Positions 51,045 to 63,399 of a stretch of 64,000 nucleotides of DNA are shown here, piece by piece. Position numbers and translations under genes: made by a program. Source of the stretch: Eledone cirrhosa (taxonomy: Eukaryota); contig OZ024740.1 in assembly GCA_964016885.1 (NCBI GenBank), positions 242,420,001-242,484,000 on the forward strand, given 5' to 3'. The notes under the pieces were generated by a model that saw only the letters and a program-made list of their open reading frames with translations, had not been told where the DNA came from and did not search any database. Every line of letters starts with the position of its first letter. Within the stretch, counting starts at the first letter, position 1.

Positions 51045-51304
51045 TGTCTAAAGTCTGTCCTGCGCCTGGAGGTTCATCAGGCCGGTGTTTATCCTAGTTT
51101 CCATGGCATGAAATGACAGCAAGTACAAGACTTCCCCTGGACAGGGTCCCTGTCCATTGCTGGTACACATTTTCAGATGAGTATACTGGAGCAATGTGAA
51201 ATGAAGTGTTTTGCTCAAGAACACAACACACAACCTGGAATTGAACCCACAACATTATGATCATAAATCCAAAACCCTTACCACTAGGCCACCCGGCATC
51301 ACAC
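51045..51304 (-). mobile_element. CORE-type SINE with V-like segment
   Basis: Reverse complement parallels 24889-25157. Confidence 0.75.
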
Positions 51305-51446
51305 TCTAATATGTAAAAGAATATAAACTTCATGAAATATGTAAGTAAATTGATTAGTGGTTTCCATGAACCATCTAGAAGATAAATAACAAGTGTAAAT
51401 TATTCTACATAACATTTAGTTGAAGCATAAATTAATTAAATCAGAG

Positions 51447-51512
51447 GCCTATGTAAAACAAGGAAATACAATCCTGATTGCCTATGTAAAACAAGGAAAT
51501 ACAATCCTGATT
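51447..51512. repeat. Perfect 33-bp tandem duplication
   Basis: gcctatgtaaaacaaggaaatacaatcctgatt x2. Confidence 0.95.
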
Positions 51513-54117
51513 TACTTTCCTTTCATTGATGGCCCATATTAAGTCAAACTTTTATAGATTTCATAAGTGTTTAAAATAAAAATTAAAATAACAAGCCTTT
51601 CAAAAATGTCCCATACAAAAGATTTAGATTCATATTAAAAAATTGTTATCTAATATATATATATATATTGATATAAAAATTTCCTCTCTCCTCTCTTTCT
51701 TTCTCTCTCTCTCTATATATATATAGAGAGAGAGATCAGGATTTTGCCAGTTTTATACTAGAATACTCAATATTTTGGATAGTAGAGTGTAAATATGTTA
51801 GAGAATTGGGGTCCGACAGCTGAGCTTTTGCTGTTTCAACACCAAATTAGATACTCCCTAATATATATATATATGCATCCTTGATGTATTTACTATTTAT
51901 ATTTATATATAATAGGGGTGAATGTTATGAACTAAAGGATCATTTGGGATATAACTAGTAGATTTGTTCATATAATGCATCTTGTACAAACCAACTTAGC
52001 AGAGCACATTCCTCTCCAATCTAGAACATGGCACATATGCTTTCAACTCAGCCATCTGCAAATCTTCATTATATAGATATTACAGAATAGAATTATGATT
52101 TTCTACTGTAAACCTCATGCTAACATGGGGAAACTAACCCAAACGCCATCAACTTCTTGTAATCCTGCTCACTTGACAACAACTTAGCTCACTAAAGATT
52201 TCTAGATTATTCTCTAACAGTTACATCTGCTGATGAATGAGTCATGCTACTAAGGATGAAAGATGTAAAGAACACAAGATTTATTGAGACACATACATCA
52301 GACATCAACAAATGACAAATACAACCAGAAACCTTCTTAATATTACTAAAAGATGCAACAAACTTCATTGCCATGTGTGAGAAGGTGATAGATGATAATA
52401 ATAAAGATGATGTATAAATAAATGTATATTATAAAAACATCAGTAGCCTATCTTAAATAAGCCTTTCAATATTATAGTTTCAGAAGAAAAACAAAGAAAA
52501 ACCTAGTTTGGCATCAAATATGAAAGACAGATTCTGTTTGATACAAACATAGTTTTGGTTATTAAACAGAAAAAGATACTTGAAAATTAGTTATTCTATT
52601 ATGTGTCCTTCGAATCTATACAATATAACCAAACATATTGAATGGATTAGAATGTGGATTCGATAATTAAAATCTACAAATGTCTAAAAGATATTTCAAT
52701 ATTATTATTTTTGTAATCATAAAGATGCAATGTGATAAATGTAGGGAAAGTAGTGAAGAACAAAACAAAAAGGTAGCAATAAGTCCTAATCTGACAGAAG
52801 ATTATTTAAACATATCCACAATTAAATGAGACAGTTTATACTCAGCTATTTCTTGTGTTATAAATAATTTGCACAAATATATTTTCTTCAATTTACATTT
52901 TAGATATAAAAGAATACAGAACATAATTTTTGATATTAGATACAACAGCCCCACCCAACACACACACACACAATTGGAAACAAGGCACATGTAATTGCAA
53001 GGACAAATAATTTATTTAAACAAAAGTAAATTCGGATTATCAAAAGTCTTTAACATTCATGAAAGAGGAAATTATACTAAACCAACAAACTGCTAAAATA
53101 TATTATTTATAAAAATCACAGTTGTTCATTGAAAAATGAAAATGTATTTTCAAGTACTGCATATGTATTGATGTTTATTTAAATATATAGATGTGTGTCT
53201 GTGTGTTTGTGCGTGTGTAAATTTTCTTCATTTACATTTTCATTTTTACTAAATAAAAAAAATATGAAAAATAACACGTATGAATAGCATGTATGAATAG
53301 ATATCATTTATCAAAAGAAAAGATTTAAAACATGAGATTAAAATACACGATATAGTTGTATACACACAACTAAATGTTATAAAGAAAATCTAAATTTCCT
53401 AAGTAACTTCAACAGACATTAATTTCAAAATGATACTTTTGACAAATGAAAACCCATTATTTATTGTATGTTTTGTTTTTAACTTGTATTTTATATTTGC
53501 TTGTGTGTGTGTATGGGTGTTCTTATTTTTACGGTGAAATTTGAGGAGTGTTTTAAACCAGCAGCCAGCAAATAAAAAATAATGGAAAAAGAATAAGAAG
53601 CTAAATGAAATTGTCAAACAACTAACCTGTAAATGGTCCACACTGTTAAGTGAACAACTTATACACTGTTTCAGTTGCTGTTTAGTATATGTATGTTATA
53701 TGAAAGCGATGGCAGCTTCTCCAGCGATTAGGCAAGCATCCAACACAGCTTGCTGGTTGCAGAGAGTCTGCTTGCACAGAAAAATAATTAGCATAAACTG
53801 CAGTAAGTCACTCCAAACAGCTGGTTGTCAATATAAGATGCAGCTCAATTATTTTTTTACGCATACTAGTATCCACAGAAACTAGAAAATTAGTTTGTTT
53901 TTCTTCATTTTTCCTTTACAATAAAAATAGATATATTAATATAGATGCTTTTCACATAATTAATTCTATGTGTATTTTTTTCTTTAGCCAGATGCTTTAA
54001 TATAGTTTAAATAGAGGGAAACGAATTCATCATAGTCTTAATATATATAGTCTTAATATATATATATATATATATGTCTTTCTTATAACAACCTGTAATC
54101 AGACTACTTTAATAACT

Positions 54118-54329
54118 TTAACCCTTTAGCATTTAAACCGGCCATATCCAGCCAGAATTCTTTCACTTCTTTCTCTTCAAACCGGCCCTAACTGGCAGGT
54201 CATACTTATGTTAAGGTATTATTCTCAAAATAAAACCTTCAAAATCTCAGATTCGATATCATGTGAGATAATTGTTTACTGTGAAAATACAATAGTAAAT
54301 ATAGAGTAATGTAAATGCTAAAGGGTTAA
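54118..54329 (+). mobile_element. MITE family 1, intact termini
   Basis: TTAA-CCCTTTAGCATTTA...TAAATGCTAAAGGG-TTAA. Confidence 0.9.
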
Positions 54330-54517
54330 GGAACTTTTAACTTCAAATCTTATCAAAATCATTTTACTTCTTAGTCTTTTATATTATCATTGTTATACTA
54401 TTAGGTATGTATAGACCCATAATACCTGATTGAGTCATAGAGGCATCATGTGTGGTGTTTTTGGCAAGTTTTAAAAACATGGTGAAGCCCATCCTAAGCC
54501 AAATTCTCCCTGAATAG

Positions 54518-54549
<32 letters not shown>

Positions 54550-55116
54550 AAGCAAAAAAGAGATATAAAGGAAAATTTGACCCTAGTACTAGACTGGTAC
54601 TTATTTATCAACCTCAAAAAGGTGAAAAGCATATTTGACCTTGGTGAGTCTTGAACTCTGAGTGCAGAGAGCCAGAAAGAATACTGCAAAGTATTCTATC
54701 AGGTTTTCTAACAATTATTATTATATATTCAATGAATATCAAGCTGTCTGAAAATATGTAATGAATTTTCATGCAATTATTTTAGGATATGTATTAGTAA
54801 TATACTCTTCTTGAGAATAAAAAGAAATTGGTATTACATTATTTTTTTTAAAACTGCCAATTAAATTAGTGAAAGAAAATTTATTATACATTTTATCTAA
54901 GGAAAGCATTTTCCTTATAATATGCAGCAATACCTGAACAGAGCAACAATTGCTCAAACTATAAGAAACAGCAGCTAAATAACCTTCAAATTACAATGTA
55001 CAATGTACAATGTAGAAATGAAAAGATGACATCCACAACACATTATCTCCAAAAGGAGAGAATGGTTGCAGTTAGAACATCTTTGATCAGAAGTATGTCT
55101 GATCAGGTCTAAACTG

Positions 55117-55379
55117 GACTATTTGTGTTCCTATGTGCTTCCTCTTCATTCTGATATTATTTTCTTTACTCCATCTTATTTTTCTGTGGTGTACCACAGA
55201 ATAAAGAGGAGGCACAGTGGAACACAAATAGTCATTGATGAGGTTGCAAAATGTGTGATGAAAGAACTTTGATAATCACATAAGATAATAAGCTAATAAT
55301 AATATAACCAAAATGGAAATCAACTAGTGTGTGTGTGTGTTTGTGTGTTTGTGTGTGTATATAAATATATATATATATA
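55117..55379 (+). repeat. Near-identical local direct duplication of 56149-56411
   Basis: About 263 bp, offset 1032, one visible substitution (tttctTtact/tttctGtact). Confidence 0.95.
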
Positions 55380-55392
55380 GTGTTCAAACTGG

Positions 55393-55612
55393 CCTTTAGT
55401 GTTCAAACTGGCCAAAACCAGCCAGAATTCTCTAACTCTTTCTGTTGAAACTGGCTGTAACTGGTCGCTCAAACTTATGTTAAGGTATTGTTCTCAAAAT
55501 AAATACTTTCAAAATCTCATAGATTCGATATTATGTGAGATAATTATGCGAGGTAAAGCCTTTACCATGAAAATATAATAGTATATATAAAATGTGAATG
55601 CTAAAGGGTTAA
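55393..55612 (+). mobile_element. MITE family 1 with damaged left end
   Basis: cctttagtgttcaaactggcc...tgctaaagggttaa. Confidence 0.85.
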
Positions 55613-55739
55613 ACAACAATTATTACAATAGAAACCCTAAATGGACACTATACATAAGCATAAATAATTTGTATATCATTTAAAATTATTTTCTTTGCAG
55701 TTAGATTTCCTTAGAGTTACATTATACCACAAAATTAAG

Positions 55740-55925
55740 TAATTGTTTCTACTTTTGGCACAAGGCCAGCAATTACCCAGTGCATTACTGGTACTTTATT
55801 TTATCGACCCCGTAAGGATGAAAGGCAAAGTTAACCTCGGCGGGATTTGAACTCAGTCCGTAAAGGGACGTAACTGTGCTGCAAAGCATGGCGTCCGACC
55901 CTCTACCAATACTGCCAATCCACCG
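55740..55925 (-). mobile_element. Meta-type SINE, young (3' fragments also at 29580-29650, 44248-44348, 59520-59612)
   Basis: Full length, CpG-retaining copy. Confidence 0.9.
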
Positions 55926-55989
55926 AACATACAAACATATATTTATATATATATATATTTATGCATTTGTTTTACAAGATTCTTGATGT

Positions 55990-56370
55990 GAAATGGTGTG
56001 TTGAAATAGATATTATATTTGGGGAGGGTCATGTTGTCAATAAAAACACACACACTAGCTGATTTTCACTTCTGTTTTATTATAATTAGTTTGTTATCTT
56101 AAGTGATTGTCAAAGTCCTTTCATCACAGAGTCTGTGACCTCATCAATGACTATTTGTGTTCCTATGTGCTTCCTCTTCATTCTGATATTATTTTCTGTA
56201 CTCCATCTTATTTTTCTGTGGTGTACCACAGAATAAAGAGGAGGCACAGTGGAACACAAATAGTCATTGATGAGGTTGCAAAATGTGTGATGAAAGAACT
56301 TTGATAATCACATAAGATAATAAGCTAATAATAATATAACCAAAATGGAAATCAACTAGTGTGTGTGTGT
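55990..56370. mobile_element. Fold-back repeat element with ~140-bp imperfect arms (left arm homologous to 31080-31280)
   Basis: acctcatcaatgactatttgtgttcc pairs with ggaacacaaatagtcattgatgaggt. Pairing extends to the flanking CA/GT tracts. Confidence 0.75.
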
Positions 56371-56451
56371 GTTTGTGTGTTTGTGTGTGTATATAAATAT
56401 ATATATATATATTATATATATATGTATATTATATATATATGTGTGTGTGTG

Positions 56452-57090
56452 TGCATGCAGGAGAGGAGGTTGCGTTGGTATGGACATGTGATGCGTATGA
56501 AGGATAACAGCTGCATAAAAAGGTGCAGAGCACTAAAAGTTGATGGAAGCTGCAGAGTGGGGAGACCAAAGAAGACCTGGGATGAGGTGATAAAAGCCGA
56601 CCTTACCCAATTGCACCTCTCAAAGGCGATGACACAGGACCGTGACCTCTGGTGTCATGCAGTAATACAGAAGACCTGACTTCCCACGGGTACAAGCCGA
56701 AGCTGAAGAATATGCCTCCACCCCCTCCCACTGCAAAGTGGTCGTGGAAGTGCCACGGCAAAAAAAAACACCCAACCCACACTGGAAAGTGGATGTGTAG
56801 GCGCCACAGAAAAAAAGCACCCAGCACTCACAGTAAAGTGGACGTGTAGGCGCCATGGAAAAAAAGCACCCAGCCCCCACTGTAATGTGGACATGTAGGC
56901 ACCATGGAAAAAAAGCACCCAGCACTCACTGTAAATGAGGTTGGTGTTAGGAAGGGCATCCAGCTGTAGAAATCAAGCCAGAATCAGTTCCCGTATGAGC
57001 AAGACAAGGTCAGCCAACCGGACACTGCCCACAACAGGACAACCCACCTAGCATGGAAGAACGGACGTAAAACGGTGATGATGATGATGA
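56452..57090 (+). mobile_element. 5'-truncated RTE LINE with long 3' UTR containing about four 48-bp units
   Basis: QERRLRWYGHVMRMKD...GRPKKTWDEVIK...AVIQKT*, then units and (GAT)n. Confidence 0.92.
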
Positions 57091-58051
57091 TATATATATT
57101 CTTTTTCTATCTCTCATATAAATACTTCTTTACTCTGGCTTTATGAGAAACATAAACTGGGCAACTTGTCTATATACTAAATAAAAATCCAAGATAATAT
57201 TCTACCTGTTCCTAACTTATAGGTAAATGAGGAAATGTAGAATAAAGTGTTTGAAATGAAACAAAATATTTCCATCATATCATGAACTTGTGACCTATGA
57301 GCAGGTAGTTTAATACTTTACATCAGCAGTTCTTATTTTGTTGAGGAACCAATATACAATTGTCCACAAATCACGGAACACAACCCCCACCACCTTAATT
57401 TAAATAAGACATTAAATGAAACAAAAATTGCTTTAGAGAGAGAATTTATATATTTCAAAAAAAGATGTAAATTTTATTATATTATATTTTTAAATGACTT
57501 CTTTTACAGAAATCCACACTATTTTTTCATGAAACTCACTTTGAGAAACACTACCTTACATGCTTACAGCTCTGTCCCTTCTCTATTCTGGTGTAGATGA
57601 CAACAATAAAAAACATAGTACATTACTTTATTCCTAAAGCCACAGAAATGAAAACATGATTATGAGTCAATAAATATGCTAGCATTGCTGAAAAATTATA
57701 GCAATATTTTTGTTCTGAACCTCTATATTCAGAGTTCAAATCTTGATAAAGTCAATTTTATTTAACCTTCTCAGTGTTCACACATAATCAGCAATATTGT
57801 GGGTTCAATTCATTTGAATATTATCATATATCATATATAACTTGTGTATATATATCTTATACTTGTGCCGAGTTGATAGAAATTGATATATTGTTGTTTA
57901 GCCTCAAGGCAGCCTTGATGAAACATGTCTATGATTAGCTGTATTCCAGTCATGACCATCTCATTTTTTGTTTTTTGTTTTTTTGTTTTTTGTTTTTTGT
58001 TTTTTGTATATCTTTTTGTATATCTTTGTATGTCTAATGTGTTCTTTCATT

Positions 58052-58275
58052 TTAACCCTTTTGTTTTCATATATCTAATTGAAATATAGTCTATAATTTT
58101 CAAAATACTAAAGTATTTGGAGGGTTTTAGTAATAAAATTACCTTTCTGATTAAGCTGATGTGTTCTTACAAAAAATTATAATAGATTTAAATTTAAACA
58201 TGAATACTTTCAAACAAACAGGTCTCCATTATAGAACCAAGAATGGTTTCAGGTAGGTTAATATCAAAAGGTTAA
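58052..58275 (+). mobile_element. MITE family 2
   Basis: ttaacccttttg...caaaaggttaa. Confidence 0.75.
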
Positions 58276-60510
58276 GGTATGATTTGAGATAACTTTGGTT
58301 ACTATTTCTAATATGTCAAGTAAAATATCCATTTTAACTCAAAATCAATAAATTTGTATTAGCAATTGAGTTCTGTAGTAAAGAGATAAAGTATGCTGCA
58401 ATTCAGATTTACGAGAAATGTTTGATTGCTGGTTGAAAAGCATTTCACTTTACTTTCACTACTCATGGCATTGTGAAAGGCATGACTACTCCACCATTCA
58501 AAATATAGAATGTATGTAACAAATAAAGAAAAAATCCAAATATCAGGAAGTAGAGTATCATAGACCAAATATAAATTCTTAAGGATTCAAGTAGTAACCT
58601 CGTTTTCATTTTTTAATTCTAGCCATTTCATTTCATTTAACGCATTAATTAATTATTATCTCTATTATTGTTAATGTTGCATTATTGAAGACTGGGACTT
58701 TTGATTCATATTTCTGACTCATGACATTTTCTCTCTAAACCTTTTTTTATTGCTGCTAATCTACCATAGCATAAAATCAGATTTTTTTTTGTTATCTTTT
58801 TATGCCAGACATTGCAAGTAAGAGATATCAACTGATATTATATATAGCTTAAGAAAAGTATGAGTATCACAAAAAAATCGTTTTTTTTTTCAACACCCAA
58901 TTATACAAAAGTATTATGCCCTTGAAAGAAATCAATATGACTTTTTTTTCTTATCAGCTATCAGTAATATGTAAAATTTAGTGGTGGAGGTCTAGTATTA
59001 TTCTCTCCAAAATTCCAAAGCTGTGATAACATCTACAGCTCATACCAGCAGTATTTCTAGTAGAGTAGAACTTTATCAGGATAAATTCATACTTGCAAAA
59101 CTGTTAATAATGATGACTACTTCATCACTTGAGTGTAAAGTAGCATAGTCTAACAACCCTTAATTTCTTAAGAGTAGGGTGTGGTAAAAGAACAGGAAAA
59201 TAAGTTGAAACTCCTCTATACTAGATTTCAACACATCCATTTATTCATCTGGTAGGCCCCACCCTAGTACATATGCACTTGATTTCAAAACCAAATATTC
59301 CATAAACCTACCAAACCCAGAAATTAAAAAATGATACTTCCAGGCATAGTGTAAATGCATAACATGACACATAACAAAGCTTTGAGGATTACTACTATTA
59401 TTATTATTATTATTACCATCATCAACATCGTTGTTGTTATTTTTGTTATTATACTACAGTAAGTAGTTTCTTTTTAAAAAAAAAGGTAGCTAGAACAAAG
59501 ATAGGCCAAAGTAAAATATAATTGTTTCTACTTTAGGCACAAGGCCAGCAATTACCCAGTGCATTACTGGTACTTTATTTTATCGACCCCGTAAGGATGA
59601 AAGGCAAAGTCAAGGAAATAGTTAGGTTGATCTATAATAGAGGGGTGGATAGTCGTGGTGATGAGGATTAGAAATGTAGCAGCAATGAACAACATATATT
59701 ACAGAAGTTCAACCCAATGAAATATATGAGGCATAAAACAGATGTCAAGATATTAATGAAATTAATGACTAATGTTAGTTACTAATTTGTTAGATAGTCA
59801 ACATCATCACTAACATCATCATTCAGCTCAATGTTTGTATGGTAAAGGATAGTCAGGTTTTCTAAGTACACCCATTTTCATATCAAATGTACAGACGGAT
59901 ATGGTAACATATTCAAATTACATAACAAGAACCAAGATTTTACATATGGATACAATTCCTAAGAATTTCAATATTTTTTCAAACATAAAATGTATTTCCC
60001 ACAAAGATTATTTAAATATATATCATTACTAATAGCTCCATTTTGGATGAATCTCTTCTAGCACAACATCCCGCAACTCATTCCTCTTCTCTCATCTCAA
60101 ATTGCTGAAGCTTCAATAGAGATGACAAAGGATTGCAATGCATGGAGGAGGATGTGTTACAAAAAAAAGTCCAGCCCAGGCAGGCATGTATGTGTAGCAG
60201 TTCAACAAATTGAGAATGATAAAATAAATACCATGCTTGAAACAATAAGCCCTGAGCGGTCAATAATATAGACTAAAATTCTTTGAAGTTGGTGCCACAG
60301 CATGGCCAGTCTAATGAAACCATGGTCAATGAGATGGATCTAGTATATCGAGAATAGAAAAAAGGTGGTGGCAAAACTACTATATACTAGTCAATATATT
60401 GATTATCAGGATCAACCCTTTGAAACGATCATTAAGCAATAAACTAATTAAGAACCTATCTTCACATTTAGTTTTATTTTCGTTGTTCAAAACACACCTA
60501 CATATATATG

Positions 60511-60558
<48 letters not shown>

Positions 60559-60689
60559 ACTCTGTAGCTCAGTTAGAGTCTTCGATGGAACCTTATGTGA
60601 TGAAAGCCTACTACAAAAACTATAGCTCTCACAGCACAATCTCACTGAAATCATCTCTTCATGACTGTATGGAGTTATAATAACGTTTG

Positions 60690-61440
60690 GCACAGATAAA
60701 TCCGGAATTTTTACGTGGCAACAGTGCCATAACGTCACAGCATAGCAAGGTTTCAAGAGTGCCATTAGAAAGTACTATAGCTGTCTGGTCATTGACAGAT
60801 GAGGTGTTTTCAGAATATGATTGTTTAGCTACTGTTGTGGAGAGCCTTCGCGCTGGCCATAAAGCCAAGGAAATCATTGGATGATTTAAATACCCTAAAA
60901 CCATGGTCTACAACCTTGCAAATGCATATGCGGCCTCAGACAACAAAGACAATTTCAGGCCAGAAAGCAAGACTCATAAGAAGCACTTTGGCACCACCAG
61001 GATGGCCGAGTTCATTGCAACATTGTCAAGGAGAACCCCAGCAAAAGCATGTGGAAAATCACCAAGGAAATGGGCACCAGCAGGCGAATAATCAGGCGTA
61101 TTGTCAAGCAGGACTTGAATTATAAATCTTATGTGCTCAAGAGGCACCACTTGCTTACCGAAGTGCAGAAGGAGTAGAGATCGCCCAACTTATGGCACCG
61201 CCCTGTCAACCATTTTGTGTGGGACGTCATGTAGAGGGAGGTGAATAGCAGGTCCTACAAGAAGGAGGCTCTCAAGGTAGCCATCAGGGATGACATGGCC
61301 AACATGGACAGGGACACTATCACCAAGGCCTGCTCCAGCTTCCAGTCCCACCTGGAGAAAGTGGTGGTTGCCTTATATATATGCCTAACTGTGTATAAAT
61401 TTTCGTTAAAACATATTAATTTTTTATATAAATAACGCTG
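60690..61440 (+). mobile_element. Internally deleted Tc1/mariner-superfamily (maT/DD37D-like) element
   Basis: VVESLRAGHKAKEII, KSMWKITKEMGTSRRIIRRIVKQDLNYKSY, FVWDVM, ITKACSSFQSHLEKVV. Confidence 0.8.
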
Positions 61441-61499
61441 TATGTATATATATATACAGCGTTATTTATATATATATATATAAACATACATATACATAC

Positions 61500-62330
61500 T
61501 TGTAATGACACACAAAGGAAACTCAGGCCTATTCTCCATTGATAACGGATCCTCCAGGGAGATCCTTTAGCTCCTTTTCTTTTTGTGATATGCCTTGATT
61601 ATGCTCTTTATAATGTCATTGCACCATTGGATGTGATAATGCTGAAAAGTCAGCAAAATACCCAACATCTGGAGGAAGTTCTACCTGAACTGGCTTATAC
61701 AGATGATATAGCTCTTGTGGAAAACACCAGCAAAGAGGCTGAAAACATGTTACACAGAATGTAGGCTGCAGTGCAGTCCACTGGACTCTTCTTGAATGCT
61801 GACAAAACAAAATTCATGCATCTCAATGCAACCTCAAACGACCAAATGCATGAGTTTGGCAGTTCCAAGAAAACAGAACATGTCGTGGACACCAGGATAG
61901 GCAAGGTACAGGAGGAACTTTCAACTCCCTATCAAAGTTATAGATATCTCTGATCAAGAAAACAAAAGTGAGACTATTCAAAGCAACAGACGAGTCTATT
62001 CTGCTCTACAGATGTGAGTCATTCACAAAGAGGATTAATGGCACGTTCATATGAATACTGAGAAAGGTCCAGAGCATCTCCAAGAAAACACATGTAGCAG
62101 ATAAATTGCTCTACATCATAAGCTTGCTTCCTCACATTATAAGGCAATGAAGGCTCATATTACCCAAACATGTGAAATGTCACAATGAACTCTGCCAAAT
62201 ATATGCAGACGAGTTGGGAGACCAAACATGACACTGAAGGATGTTCTTGAAGATGACACTGGAGGGAAGGGAACTTCAGACAGCAATAAGGGACGACAAG
62301 ATGAGCAACAAGAGGAACTTCATCATATGA
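61500..62330 (+). mobile_element. Degenerate RTE-like LINE, second lineage
   Basis: DPLAPFLFVICLDYAL, LAYTDDIALV, GLFLNADKTKFM, ESILLYRCES. Confidence 0.8.
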
Positions 62331-62370
62331 CCGGTAACAGATGAAGACATACATATAAACATTATATCTA

Positions 62371-62516
62371 CAGCATATAGAGTTACGGCCCTTGCCATTC
62401 TGAGTTCAAATCCCGCCGAGGTTAACTTTGCCTTTCACCCTTACGGGGTCGATAAAATAAAGTACCAGTAATGCTCTGGGTAATTGCTGGCCTTGTGCCA
62501 AACGTAGAAACAATTA
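62371..62516 (+). mobile_element. 5'-truncated Meta-type SINE
   Basis: TSD attatatctacagcata (62361, 62513). Confidence 0.9.
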
Positions 62517-63399
62517 TATCTACAGCATAACTTTTAAATCACACTGTTGTTTACTACTGCTGTCTCTTCCAAGTTTTCTATTTCCTACATTTCTCCCGCA
62601 TGTTTTTTCAATATTATCATTTTAACCACTCAGCCTGATTTATATATATATATATATATACATATACACACACACACACACATACGTACACACACATACA
62701 CATATACACACACACATATATATTCATGCACATACATACATACTCCAACCATAGGCTAACCCATACCTTGAAAGTAACAACTGGGACTTGGAAAGTATGT
62801 GGAAGCCCAACATAAATGTGTATATATTTATCTCTACATGAGTCTTCAACATTGACACCACTTCAGCAGACAGTGAAGTTTGTTTATGTCCCTCAACTCA
62901 GTAGTCTGACATGTTAAATAAAGAACCTTAGTTTTAAAAAAATATCAAATAAGGGTTGGCATCAAGAAGAGCACCTGGCCATAGAATACTGAGTTAAGAA
63001 ATCTCTTCCAACTCCTGCCAGAATGGAAAATATGGACATTAAAATGATGAGGATGGTGGATGATGTTTCTCAAGAATTTATGAATGTTTTTCACTGTGCA
63101 AATACAATAACACAATTAAAATAACAAATAAAATACAATAGTACCTAATATGAGATGGAATGGCAGCAACTCACAAGTGTAATCAGTAATGCCGTCATGT
63201 GTGACAAGTGACAGATACATGGTTAAAGTTCAGTCCCTAGACTAGATGCTCTTTTTCTGCCTCAAGTTTTTCTTCAAAGTAATGAAATGTTCAATGATTT
63301 TCACACAATATCATTCATCATTATCATCTTACATCTGCTTTCCATGCTGGCATGAACTGGATGGGTTGTCATGGTCTGAGACCTGACAGCTCAGAATGA

